64,000 bases of DNA from an uncultured Candidatus Saccharibacteria bacterium (lineage in GTDB: Bacteria; Patescibacteriota; Minisyncoccia; HO2-45-28), in assembly GCA_964412115.1 (NCBI GenBank), contig CAYPMM010000001.1:764-64763 (forward strand), in the 5' to 3' direction. The position numbers were made by a program, and so were the translations under genes. Below are positions 29,866 through 39,136 of the stretch, piece after piece. The notes under the pieces were generated by a model. That model saw only the letters and a program-made list of their open reading frames with translations. It had not been told where the DNA came from and searched no databases. The stretch's first letter is position 1, and each line of letters starts with the position of its first letter.

Positions 29866-31200
29866 TTATCTGCCAAAAATCTGATTAAGCTTTAAAATAA
29901 CTTTTTCGTAATCCATGTACGCGCTGATGGCGGCGATAGATAAAACAACCGCTCCGGAGACGAGAAAATACCGGAAATATTCTTTTGGCGCAAAATAAAA
30001 GCGGCTTAAAGCAAGGCCTGAAAACATGGCCAAAAAGGGATAAACCGGAAAGCGATAGCGGGTCTCGTAGAGTATGGGCACGAGGGATAGGGCGGTCAAC
30101 AAAATAAAAAAGAAAAAATATCCCAGAAGCCGATTTTCTCTTTCTTTTTTAAACCAGACAAAAATTCCCGCAAAACCGGTCCAAAATAAAATTAGGGATC
30201 CCAAAACGGAGCTGGCGACGAAAACAAATTGTCCCCATCCTTGCTGATAAAACCAAAATCCCATGGGACGAGCAAAACTAAAATATTTAATCGTCCTTGA
30301 AGCTGTTAAATTTATGTATTGAAACGGGTGCGCTGAAACAAATTCTTTAAACTGTTCTACCGCGTAGTAGTTCGCGCCAATGGAGCCGTATTTTTTCTGA
30401 GCCTCGGCGAGCTCAGGGGTATTTCCCCCCTCGCCATCTCCGCCCTCATGGTTTCCAACCCAAAAGTTGTATCCAAAATTGGCCATCGTGGGGATAAATT
30501 CTCCATAAACCTTATAGTTTCTGGCGGTCCACGGAATCATCACCAAAAAAAGCATAAATAAAAATAAAACAAGTCTTGCGTAGTCTTTGCGGGAAACAAA
30601 GTAAAAAACAAACGGCAAAAGAAAAATGCCGACACTTGACCTGCCCAAAATTGCAAGGCCAAACGCAATGCCCATAATTGCGGTTTTAAAAAAAGTCGGC
30701 TTGGTAAAAAGCTCCGCAAAAATATAAACCGCTAAAACCGATAAAAATATAAACAGGGTCTCGGTCATAAGCATCGCCCCTATTTCAATAAGGTCGGGAT
30801 GAAATCCGAATACCGCGGCCGCTATCCATCCGATTCGTTTCCCCTCCTCGCCAAAAATTTTAACCGCAATCAGATATAAAAGCAGGGCCGTAATTGCCCT
30901 AAGCAATGCCTGAATAATCCAGACCGCGGCCAGGCTGTGGCCGAAAATTAAGTAAATTCCGGCCAAAAAATATTGATAAAGCGGGCCCTGAAAAGTAATT
31001 ATTTCATCTTCAGCCAGGGACGCTGAGCGATCAAACCTAAAGCCGTAGCCCTCAACTATATTTACCGCCGTCCGGTCGTAAACTCCGGCGTCTACCGCCG
31101 GACTTATTTGATAATAAAAGGCGTATCCGGCGCTAAAAACAAAAACAAGAAAAATAACAACAAGAACGGCGCGATTTTTTTTAACCAAATCTAAAAACAT
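29866..31200 (-). CDS. GT-C (ArnT/PMT-like) membrane glycosyltransferase
   Basis: DAGVY, GPLY, LMTETLF, PWTARN, NFWVGN and RYRFP motifs. Confidence 0.8.
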   Translation of the reverse strand: MFLDLVKKNRAVLVVIFLVFVFSAGYAFYYQISPAVDAGVYDRTAVNIVEGYGFRFDRSASLAEDEIITFQGPLYQYFLAGIYLIFGHSLAAVWIIQALLRAITALLLYLIAVKIFGEEGKRIGWIAAAVFGFHPDLIEIGAMLMTETLFIFLSVLAVYIFAELFTKPTFFKTAIMGIAFGLAILGRSSVGIFLLPFVFYFVSRKDYARLVLFLFMLFLVMIPWTARNYKVYGEFIPTMANFGYNFWVGNHEGGDGEGGNTPELAEAQKKYGSIGANYYAVEQFKEFVSAHPFQYINLTASRTIKYFSFARPMGFWFYQQGWGQFVFVASSVLGSLILFWTGFAGIFVWFKKERENRLLGYFFFFILLTALSLVPILYETRYRFPVYPFLAMFSGLALSRFYFAPKEYFRYFLVSGAVVLSIAAISAYMDYEKVILKLNQIFGR

Positions 31201-31212
31201 ATATCCATTATA

Positions 31213-32295
31213 TCAGTTTTTGAGTTTTTTGATTAAGTTCGGAATCAGGTTGCCCAAAGAGTGGTTTTTTGCAACAATCTCGCGAAGTTCTTCGTTCGGC
31301 CTTCGCTCTCCGGCCAATTCTTGTATTTTCTCCGCTAATTTTTCCGGCGTTTTTTCCGCCAAAAAATATCTTGAGGGCAAGATGTTTTGGAACGCCTCGT
31401 TTGAAGTAATGACCGAAAGCCCGCTCGCCATCGCTTCAAGGACGGCCTTGTCCACACTTCCGGTTTCGCTTAAGTTCACGAAGATGTCGCTTTCGGCATA
31501 AAAATCCTGAATTCGCGGATACGGAATCGGCCCGGGGAAACTAACATTGTTTCTTAGATTTTTTTGGTCAACGGCCGATCCTAGTTTCTCAAAATATTTT
31601 TTATCCGATACGGTCATCGGGCCTCCCGCAATTTTAATTTCGAAATCAATATTTTTGTTTTTTAAAATCTCCACGGCTTCAAGCAAAATTTCCAGATTTT
31701 TCACCGGCGCAATTCTCCCCGCCGTAATTATCGTTAGTTTTGGGTTTTGAGTTGTTGTTTTGAGCTTTTCGTTTTGAATTTTAAATTTATCTATGTCAAT
31801 TCCGTGCCCGACAATTTCAATTTTTTTTGAGGGCAGTCTAAAACTTTCACGAGATGCCGTAAAAATTTTATCGACGAGCTTTTCGGCAAGACGCAGTTTT
31901 AAATCTACGGATTTATGCGTGTACCACAAAGCAATTTTTTTGCCCAAAATTTTCCATTCAGCCCAGCCCAAAATGACGTACTCCGGATTCATGTGAACGA
32001 ATACGGCGTCATAATTCTTGCGCTCGCGCCAAATATATTTATAGAAATTAAAAATTACCCCCGTTTTTGCAAATAATCTTCCCCCGCCCGAGGCGGGCCA
32101 GCCTTGGGCTGGTTTTCCAAGCGACAAAATTTTTACGTTTTCTGGCAAACGATACTCCCCTTTCTCAAGGCAAATAACCGTAAGTTTTTCGGTATTTTTA
32201 GCTAATTCCTCCAGCCACCGGTGAAAGAACCCCAAAATCGGGTCGTTTCGATCAACTTTTTGAGTGATTATCAGGAGTTTTAGCATTTTTGCCAA
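31213..32295 (-). CDS. Glycosyltransferase family 4
   Basis: LIITQKVD, GHGID, GRIAPVK and GSVDKAVLEAMASG motifs; contains in-frame repeat insertions. Confidence 0.9.
   Translation of the reverse strand: MAKMLKLLIITQKVDRNDPILGFFHRWLEELAKNTEKLTVICLEKGEYRLPENVKILSLGKPAQGWPASGGGRLFAKTGVIFNFYKYIWRERKNYDAVFVHMNPEYVILGWAEWKILGKKIALWYTHKSVDLKLRLAEKLVDKIFTASRESFRLPSKKIEIVGHGIDIDKFKIQNEKLKTTTQNPKLTIITAGRIAPVKNLEILLEAVEILKNKNIDFEIKIAGGPMTVSDKKYFEKLGSAVDQKNLRNNVSFPGPIPYPRIQDFYAESDIFVNLSETGSVDKAVLEAMASGLSVITSNEAFQNILPSRYFLAEKTPEKLAEKIQELAGERRPNEELREIVAKNHSLGNLIPNLIKKLKN
32083..32112. repeat. 30-bp double-hairpin palindromic element in frame within a GT4 gene
   Basis: cccgcc-cga-ggcggg plus ccagcc-ttg-ggctgg; translates as PAQGWPASGG. 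Confidence 0.75.
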
Positions 32296-33377
32296 GATTC
32301 AACAATTTTTTGATAATATTCCTCTGCAGACGGTAACCCTCGGGTCTTTTTTACCGCTTCTTCAATCAAACCGCCCCGCAACTCGTCATTTTCCAAAATG
32401 CGTAAAATTGCGCCAATCAGTGCGTTTTTATCGCCTACGGACACAATAAGACCGTTTTTTCCGTCTTCAATAAGTTCTCCCGCAAGACCGACATCGGTCA
32501 TTATAACAGCCGCGCCATATTGCATGGCCTCAACCACGCTCACCCCCCAGCCCTCATATAAACTAGTTAAAAGAAAAACATCGGCGCCTTTGTAATATGA
32601 AGCAGTATTTTTCTGCCATCCTTCAAATCTTATATTAGCTGTTAATTGATAGTTTTTGGATTTTATCTCAAGAGCTTTTCGTTCGGGTCCGTCGCCAACT
32701 ATTATCAAACCGGTTTTGGGATGTTTTTTAACCACTTCAGCCATTGCGTCAAGTGCTAACCCGATGTTTTTTTCTGAGGTAAGGCGCGAGACCATTAAAA
32801 TCGTTTTACTAAATTCGGGGAAACGCTTTGGTTCAATATTTAAATCTGCCGATTCGGCTAAAATCGGCAAAACCACGACTTTGGGGCCGGGGGCTTGGGG
32901 CTGGGGGCTTGGAATAGACCGCCTGATGCGTTCCGACACGACACGGATACATGACGCCCGTGGAATCAAAAATTTTGCGAGCGTTGCCCTCATTTTATTA
33001 AATACCGAGTGTCTAATAAAAAACGGAATAAAAATATCGGCATGAATCTGCATCTGCCAAGGCGTGCCAAATCTTAAAGACAAAAGCCAGCAGATTTTGG
33101 CATGCTCGATATCCTGCGCGACCAGTAAATTATGTTTATTTTTCGCAATCAACCGCCATGCCAGAAAAAAACCTGAAAAAAATCTCCAAAAAATCCCGCC
33201 CTTGGCATACACAAAAAGATTCCCCTGATTATTCCCATGAATTTTCCCGGGAATTTTTCTTGCAAGCACAACAACATCAAGCCGTTCCAGGCGCTTCGCG
33301 TATTCTCCCACTCTTTTTGCTGCGGCTGAATCCTTGTCTAAAATATTCGGATCAGCCGAAAACATCAGTATTTTCAT
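32280..33377 (-). CDS. Glycosyltransferase family 4
   Basis: VSRLTSEK and TSLYEGWGVSVVEA motifs; start set at ATG 33377 (ATGA overlap with the upstream stop). Confidence 0.9.
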   Translation of the reverse strand: MKILMFSADPNILDKDSAAAKRVGEYAKRLERLDVVVLARKIPGKIHGNNQGNLFVYAKGGIFWRFFSGFFLAWRLIAKNKHNLLVAQDIEHAKICWLLSLRFGTPWQMQIHADIFIPFFIRHSVFNKMRATLAKFLIPRASCIRVVSERIRRSIPSPQPQAPGPKVVVLPILAESADLNIEPKRFPEFSKTILMVSRLTSEKNIGLALDAMAEVVKKHPKTGLIIVGDGPERKALEIKSKNYQLTANIRFEGWQKNTASYYKGADVFLLTSLYEGWGVSVVEAMQYGAAVIMTDVGLAGELIEDGKNGLIVSVGDKNALIGAILRILENDELRGGLIEEAVKKTRGLPSAEEYYQKIVESWQKC

Positions 33378-35080
33378 AACAATTCTTTCTGATAGCACTC
33401 TTTGCATAAAATATACGGGGTTTCGTTTTCCGGATGCGAGGTTTCAAAACCGGCGCTGCATTTGGAGCATTTGCGCTTAAAAATACGCAGGTTTTTGACC
33501 CAGATGGCGAATTTTTCGTTGATTCGGCAGAAAGGGCACTCGCGAGGCAACGGCAGATTCATCTCCCGCAAAAACTTAAGCTCCATCGGGATGATTTTAT
33601 ACCCTCGACCACACTTTTTACATTCAACGACTTCTTGTAAAACATTATCCGGTGCGTCTTTGATGTTATCGGGCAAGTCATTAGCCTTTTTGGTTGTCTG
33701 ATATTCTTTTTTGTCCTCATCCCGCCACCAATAACCCCGTTCTTCGGCCTCTTCTTTAGTCAAAGGAAAGAAGTTTTGGGCAACTGTTTCATTATAAGCA
33801 TAGGGCTGGATTTCTGTAGGGAAAAACTCGCCGTATCTATACACTCGGCCATTTTTGTCTACATAAGGCATATCATTCATGTGCTCAATAATTTCGGCGC
33901 GAAGTTTTTCAAACTCTTCTTTTTCGTAGCGTTTGTTCAAAATTACATAATCTCCTTTTTTCATAGAAACGCATCCGAAATGGTTTGACCCGCCGGCTGA
34001 AAGCTTGCAGTATTCAGCATTAAAAAGATTGATGCCCGCCTCTTGGCAAAATCTCATATTTGAGGAGTTTTCTCCAATAATAGCTCCCTCGTAAGAGAAT
34101 GTTAGATTTTGGCCCCAGTTAGTAATATCATAGCAATCTTTAATTGGGGGATCTGCTACCAAAAACATATATTTACAGTCCTCCGCGCCTACAGTCTCAA
34201 AACATTCTTTGCAATTTTTGGATTGAAAAACATAATTTCCGGAAGAATTAACAGAAAGAGTGTCATAATACGGCCTTGGCGAAAATTTTTTCCAATATTC
34301 TTCGGCCAATTTCTTGACCTCCTGATAAGTTCTATATGAACCCAAATCCCATTTGGAAATTTCTTTAAAATAACCTTCTTTTGAGTATTGTTTATTGAAA
34401 ATATGGTATTTTTTGTTTCGCAAGTTGGCCGACGCAAAACAATTTTGGGAATTATGCACATCACGGCAGAAAAAACATTCAAACGACTCCGTCATATCAA
34501 AATGAGAGCCAACACACTTATTACATTTAAAAGAATGTGTACAGTCATAAAGAAGTTCATTTGTATGAATAAAAGAGGAATCAAAACAGGATTTGCTATG
34601 CAATAAAACCAAACCATAGGCAGAATCCTCACAAAAAGAGCCGTGAAATATCAAATAACAATTTTTAAGATAATCGTTATGATTGGTATAGGGAGATGTT
34701 GCCATTGACTCTTTGCCGATTGAAAGTCCGAGAAGCGGGACCTCTCGCCACATTTCTTTTAACTGCTCAAAAAAAGGACGCGAAAAATCGTAGTCGCGTC
34801 CGTATTCGTGGGGGTCCCAGTTATCAGACCACCAGCAAGTTGGGCAGTAGGCCTTAACAGGCGCTTCCGGCGCATACATAGAAATTGAGTCCTTTCCGCA
34901 TAAATCACACTTCCTTTTATAAAGATTCACCAAATTCTGAAAAGAAAGACGTCTCTGGAAACGGCATTTGGGGCACCACGTCGGCGCGGGAACTTTTATT
35001 TTTTCGTAAAACTCAAAATCCTCCGGCTCAATTGTGAACTCGTTTCTACAATTCTGACAATTTTTAATTTCTTTTTGCAT
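33374..35080 (-). CDS. Cys-rich multi-zinc-ribbon repeat protein, paralogue A (function unknown)
   Basis: CxxC pairs at both termini; two Cys/Ser/Asn-rich repeat blocks each ending in CF..L..K.Y.I.NK.Y.KE; YGEFFP...YAYNET motif. Confidence 0.85.
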   Translation of the reverse strand: MQKEIKNCQNCRNEFTIEPEDFEFYEKIKVPAPTWCPKCRFQRRLSFQNLVNLYKRKCDLCGKDSISMYAPEAPVKAYCPTCWWSDNWDPHEYGRDYDFSRPFFEQLKEMWREVPLLGLSIGKESMATSPYTNHNDYLKNCYLIFHGSFCEDSAYGLVLLHSKSCFDSSFIHTNELLYDCTHSFKCNKCVGSHFDMTESFECFFCRDVHNSQNCFASANLRNKKYHIFNKQYSKEGYFKEISKWDLGSYRTYQEVKKLAEEYWKKFSPRPYYDTLSVNSSGNYVFQSKNCKECFETVGAEDCKYMFLVADPPIKDCYDITNWGQNLTFSYEGAIIGENSSNMRFCQEAGINLFNAEYCKLSAGGSNHFGCVSMKKGDYVILNKRYEKEEFEKLRAEIIEHMNDMPYVDKNGRVYRYGEFFPTEIQPYAYNETVAQNFFPLTKEEAEERGYWWRDEDKKEYQTTKKANDLPDNIKDAPDNVLQEVVECKKCGRGYKIIPMELKFLREMNLPLPRECPFCRINEKFAIWVKNLRIFKRKCSKCSAGFETSHPENETPYILCKECYQKELL

Positions 35081-35084
35081 ATTA

Positions 35085-35118
35085 ATCTATTCTCAAATTC
35101 TCAAGAATATTAGAATAG
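35085..35118. repeat. Palindromic boundary motif, copy 1 (TTCT-N3-ATTC-N4-GAAT...TAG)
   Basis: atctattct-caa-attc-tcaa-gaat-attagaatag; directly upstream of paralogue A. Confidence 0.6.
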
Positions 35119-35119
35119 T

Positions 35120-35692
35120 TTATATTTTATCTATCCTTTCTCCACGGCCAAGTAAAAGCGCCGGATAGCCGCTATGATTTATTTCTAAGGTTCCGCACCC
35201 TAAATTCTTAAGAAACGACACCATTTCTTCCATTATTTTTTTGTGGTCGTCATGATACCTTTTGCCATAATACTCAATTTCAACGAAATCACCGAGATCT
35301 TTTACCGAATCAACCGATATTTCATAATCTTTGTATTTCCATATTTTCCGTTTTTTGTCCACAACAACTACCGGCTTAAAATCAAGTTTTTCTAAAATTT
35401 TCCGCATTGTTTCAATGTTCTCTATTTTTGTTTCGTGCTCATCCGCGTAAAGCCCTCTGCCCTCTTTGTCAAAATGCCACTTTTTGTAATTTATTGAGTA
35501 TTTTCCATTTGAGTCGCGAATCCTTAACCATTCTTGAATGAGTCTTGGCTCCAAAAAGTCGCGATGCTCCGGTGTAAAATATTCGTCAATTTGATGGTTC
35601 TCCGATTCAAAATCGGCCTCTTTTTCCAAAAAATCCAAAAGGGGCTCAGTGTGTTCAACTTTTGCCTGCAATTCAATTTCAGTTTCTTTCAT
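35120..35692 (-). CDS. CYTH-domain protein (class IV adenylate cyclase CyaB-like / triphosphatase)
   Basis: EIELQ (ExExK-like), QIDEYF, LRIR, KKR, D.V..LGDFVEIE and C-terminal Y motifs. Confidence 0.85.
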   Translation of the reverse strand: MKETEIELQAKVEHTEPLLDFLEKEADFESENHQIDEYFTPEHRDFLEPRLIQEWLRIRDSNGKYSINYKKWHFDKEGRGLYADEHETKIENIETMRKILEKLDFKPVVVVDKKRKIWKYKDYEISVDSVKDLGDFVEIEYYGKRYHDDHKKIMEEMVSFLKNLGCGTLEINHSGYPALLLGRGERIDKI

Positions 35693-35707
35693 GTTTTTTT
35701 ATATTTT

Positions 35708-35740
35708 ATCTATTCTACCATTCGCGCGAATTAGAGATAT
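35708..35740. repeat. Palindromic boundary motif, copy 2
   Basis: atctattct-acc-attc-gcgc-gaat-tagagatat; upstream of the CYTH gene, overlapping the GT4 stop. Confidence 0.6.
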
Positions 35741-36764
35741 GTTTTAAGACCTTTAATGTTTCCTCTATCATATTCTGGCCGGTAAATTTTGAAACGTCGC
35801 GACGGGCAGTTTCGGCTAAGTTTTTGGCAAGTACCAAATTGTCCAGAAGTTCTAAAATCGCGGGAACCCAGGCGTTTTTTTCATTATAACCCGCGATAAG
35901 CGAATTTTCTCGGTCTTTTAGAATTTCCTTGTTTCCGCCGGCCGACGTACTTATAATAGGCGCACCGACCGCCATCGCCTCCAGAATTTGGTGCGAAAAT
36001 CCTTCATAACCGGTGTTGAGCAAAAATATGTCGGCTGCCTTCAAATACTTCAGGACTTCTTCATGAGGCCGAGAATTGATAATAAACAAACTTGCGTCAG
36101 GATATTTTCTTTTAACTTCGGGCATTATCTCGTCCAGCATTTCAAATCCTTTCCACGGCACAGAGCGCCCGACGCTTACCAAAATTTTTCCGTTCAAACC
36201 CAGTTCTTTTCTTAGTTCCTCTTTGCCTTTGGAAATTTCCGGAATGCTAACCGAGTTATAAATAAACTTTATTTTTTCGGGTCTAACACCCCATTTTTCA
36301 ATCACGAATTTTAGATATTGACTGGGAACAATTATGGCCCCGGCCGACCTCGCCACAAATCTTTCAACCCGGCGCAAAAATTCAACTCTAAAACCGTACT
36401 TCTTATCTAAAAATTCATCCAGCAGCTCCTTAACGCCGAAGCGGTTAACTCCCTGCTCCCAGGCGTAGTCGCCCACCACCTTTAAAACGAACGGCTTTCG
36501 TAAAATTAAAGACGCGACACATGGAGCCAGCCCAAAAACAGGATCCTGCGCGTAAATCAAATCCGCGCCAAACGCTCGCTTAAAAATTTTAAGAAAATAA
36601 AATAAATAACGAAAAATTTTAGGCGCCTCGGGACTGATAAAACCGTAAGATAAAACATCCACTTCAACTCCGCGTTTAGGCAATTCGTCCGAAAGTAGTT
36701 TCGAGTATGTCGCCGGACCCCCGATGTCAGGCGGAAAAAGAGGTGTTGCAATTAAAATCCTCAT
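35715..36764 (-). CDS. Glycosyltransferase family 4
   Basis: MRILIATPLFPPDIGGPATY and NTGYEGFSHQILEA motifs; start set at ATG 36764 (ATGA overlap). Confidence 0.9.
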   Translation of the reverse strand: MRILIATPLFPPDIGGPATYSKLLSDELPKRGVEVDVLSYGFISPEAPKIFRYLFYFLKIFKRAFGADLIYAQDPVFGLAPCVASLILRKPFVLKVVGDYAWEQGVNRFGVKELLDEFLDKKYGFRVEFLRRVERFVARSAGAIIVPSQYLKFVIEKWGVRPEKIKFIYNSVSIPEISKGKEELRKELGLNGKILVSVGRSVPWKGFEMLDEIMPEVKRKYPDASLFIINSRPHEEVLKYLKAADIFLLNTGYEGFSHQILEAMAVGAPIISTSAGGNKEILKDRENSLIAGYNEKNAWVPAILELLDNLVLAKNLAETARRDVSKFTGQNMIEETLKVLKHISNSREW

Positions 36765-37939
36765 TTGAAATTTATTAACCGATAAAAAATTCCGCCCATA
36801 GTGACCGCGATTTTGTCCCAAGAATAATTTTCATAAACAAGTTTTTTGGCATTTTGGCCTATTTTTTTTCTAAAATCCGGGTCGTGTAAAAACCTTTTTA
36901 TCTTTATCGCCAAATCTTGCGGGTCGTCAACTTCCGAGAGGAGCCCTGTTTCGTTGTGACGCAAAAAATCGGGAATACCGCCTACGTTTGTGCCAACTAT
37001 AGGCAGTCCGGCGCCCATTGCCTCCAAAAAGGCCGATCCCAGGCCTTCGGAGCGCGATGGACGCGCGAAAACATGGGCTATGGCGTAATATTTTGAAAGC
37101 GCGCCGTGGGACATATTGCCCATAAAATGGATGCGTTTTTCAAGTTTAAGAAGCCTTGCCAGCTCTTTTAATTTTTTTTCTTCTGGGCCGGCGCCGGCGA
37201 TGAAAAGATGCGCGTCTGGAATTTCGGCGACAGACTTAATTAAAACATCAACCGCGTTTTTGCGGACCAAACGAGACGCGGTAATCACTACTTTTTGCTT
37301 GTCGGTTATGCCGTGCCTGATTTTTAACTCGCGCAACTCTTCAGAGGTAATATCTTTATTAAAAATATTTAAGTCGGCTCCGTTTGGAACAACAACTATT
37401 TTTTCGGCAGACGCGCCCATGCGCGCGGAGAAATCGCGAAGAAAACGGCTGATAACCTGAATCTTATCGGCCAGGCGAACCGCCATCATCCACGAAAGAC
37501 CGGTTAATCCAAGATTAGAAAACTTCAAATGATTTTCAGAATCCCCCTCCTGCAAGGTGAGCAGAATGGGAACGCCCTTATTCAGGCCTAAAATTTTTAA
37601 TATAAACGGCGCCCCGCTGGTATATGTCGCCATCATGCTCCAAAAAAGAGCGATTTTATTTTTTTTTATCAATTTACGCGCAAAGTACGCTCCGGCAAAA
37701 GGAGAAAGCAGTTTGTCCAAGAAAGGAATGATTCCGAAACCAAATCGAAAAACATCAACAGCGCCTAGACGTTCGTGTTTGGGCAATGAATGTTTTAATC
37801 TGGCTGTAAACAAAACAAAATTAAAGTCTTGCCCCAGACGGTCTGTAATTTCTTTAATCGCCAGCTCCGCTCCGCCGACCATCGGCAGGTAGGCCGTTGA
37901 AAAAATAAGAACGGTTGGCTTAGGTTGAAATTCGTCCAT
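36761..37939 (-). CDS. Glycosyltransferase family 4
   Basis: YLPMVGGAE, SRLVRKN and PSRSEGLGSAFLEAM motifs. Confidence 0.9.
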   Translation of the reverse strand: MDEFQPKPTVLIFSTAYLPMVGGAELAIKEITDRLGQDFNFVLFTARLKHSLPKHERLGAVDVFRFGFGIIPFLDKLLSPFAGAYFARKLIKKNKIALFWSMMATYTSGAPFILKILGLNKGVPILLTLQEGDSENHLKFSNLGLTGLSWMMAVRLADKIQVISRFLRDFSARMGASAEKIVVVPNGADLNIFNKDITSEELRELKIRHGITDKQKVVITASRLVRKNAVDVLIKSVAEIPDAHLFIAGAGPEEKKLKELARLLKLEKRIHFMGNMSHGALSKYYAIAHVFARPSRSEGLGSAFLEAMGAGLPIVGTNVGGIPDFLRHNETGLLSEVDDPQDLAIKIKRFLHDPDFRKKIGQNAKKLVYENYSWDKIAVTMGGIFYRLINFK

Positions 37940-37963
37940 TTTCAGCTTATTATGTAATAAAAT

Positions 37964-39136
37964 TTGTTTATGGTCAATCGCAAAAAAATTCTATATTTAA
38001 TCACCAAATCCAACTGGGGCGGGGCGGGAAAGTATGTTTATGAGCTGGCGATTTGGGCAAAAGAGCGCGGTTTTGATGTCGCGGTTGCGGCCGGAGGACA
38101 AGGTGCGCTTGCGCAAAAATTACAGGAAAAAAACATCCGATATTTTGACGTTGCGGGACTCCAAAAAGATGTGGCTTTTTTAAAGCCGTTTATTTCGGGA
38201 TTTGTTTTATTAAAAATCCTATTTAAATTCGGGCCGGATATTGCGCATGCAAATAGTCCTCAAGCGGCGGGCATAGGCGGAGTTGCTGTTTTGATTTATC
38301 GCCTATTTACTTGGAAACGCCGTGTCCAAGCGGTTTACACGATTCACGGCTGGTCGTTTCATGAAGCGCGTCCGGGGCGGCAAAATTTTTTGATACGGCT
38401 TTTTTCAAAAATAACTTGTCTTTTTTATCAAAAAATAATCTGCGTTTCGGAATATGACTGCCGGTCTGCTTTAAAATTCAAAATCGCGCCCTCGCGCAAA
38501 CTCACGATCATACATAACGGCATTGACCCGCAAGATTTAAATTTTTTGTCCCGCGAAGAAGCGCGTGTTTTTTTGGGATCGAATCCCAAAACGCCGCGGA
38601 GATTCGATCCCGACGAGCTAATAATCGGCACAATAGGAGAATTCACTAAAAACAAGGGACAAAAATATTTAATAGAGGCGCTCGGTTTACTTGAAAACAG
38701 GGGTGGGAAATTTAAGAGTTTAATAATTGGCTGGGGAGAGGAGGGTGAAAAGTTAAAAGAACAAAGTTCAAAATTAAAATTAGAAAATGTTGTTTTTATT
38801 GAAAATCTTTCGCCGGCAGCGCCGCATCTTAAAGCTTTTGATATTTTCGTTTTGCCGTCAATTAAAGAGGGTTTGCCTTATACTTTGTTGGAAGCAGGGC
38901 TTGCCGAACTTCCGGTAGTTGCGACGAGTGTCGGCGGAAATCCCGAAATAATAGAACACGAAAAAAACGGCTTGCTTGTAGGGCCGGCTGATTCTGAAAA
39001 ACTAGCCAAAAATATCGCGCGTTTAATTCAAGACGAGGCGCTAAGAAAAAACCTTGGCCGAAACTTGCGTCAAAAAATAGTTAAAGATTTTTCTAAAGAA
39101 AAAATGCTAGAGCGAACTTTTGCGCTTTACAAATAA
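37964..39136 (+). CDS. Glycosyltransferase family 4
   Basis: ITKSNWGGAG, YTIHGW and PSIKEGLPYTLLEA motifs. Confidence 0.9.
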   Translation: MFMVNRKKILYLITKSNWGGAGKYVYELAIWAKERGFDVAVAAGGQGALAQKLQEKNIRYFDVAGLQKDVAFLKPFISGFVLLKILFKFGPDIAHANSPQAAGIGGVAVLIYRLFTWKRRVQAVYTIHGWSFHEARPGRQNFLIRLFSKITCLFYQKIICVSEYDCRSALKFKIAPSRKLTIIHNGIDPQDLNFLSREEARVFLGSNPKTPRRFDPDELIIGTIGEFTKNKGQKYLIEALGLLENRGGKFKSLIIGWGEEGEKLKEQSSKLKLENVVFIENLSPAAPHLKAFDIFVLPSIKEGLPYTLLEAGLAELPVVATSVGGNPEIIEHEKNGLLVGPADSEKLAKNIARLIQDEALRKNLGRNLRQKIVKDFSKEKMLERTFALYK

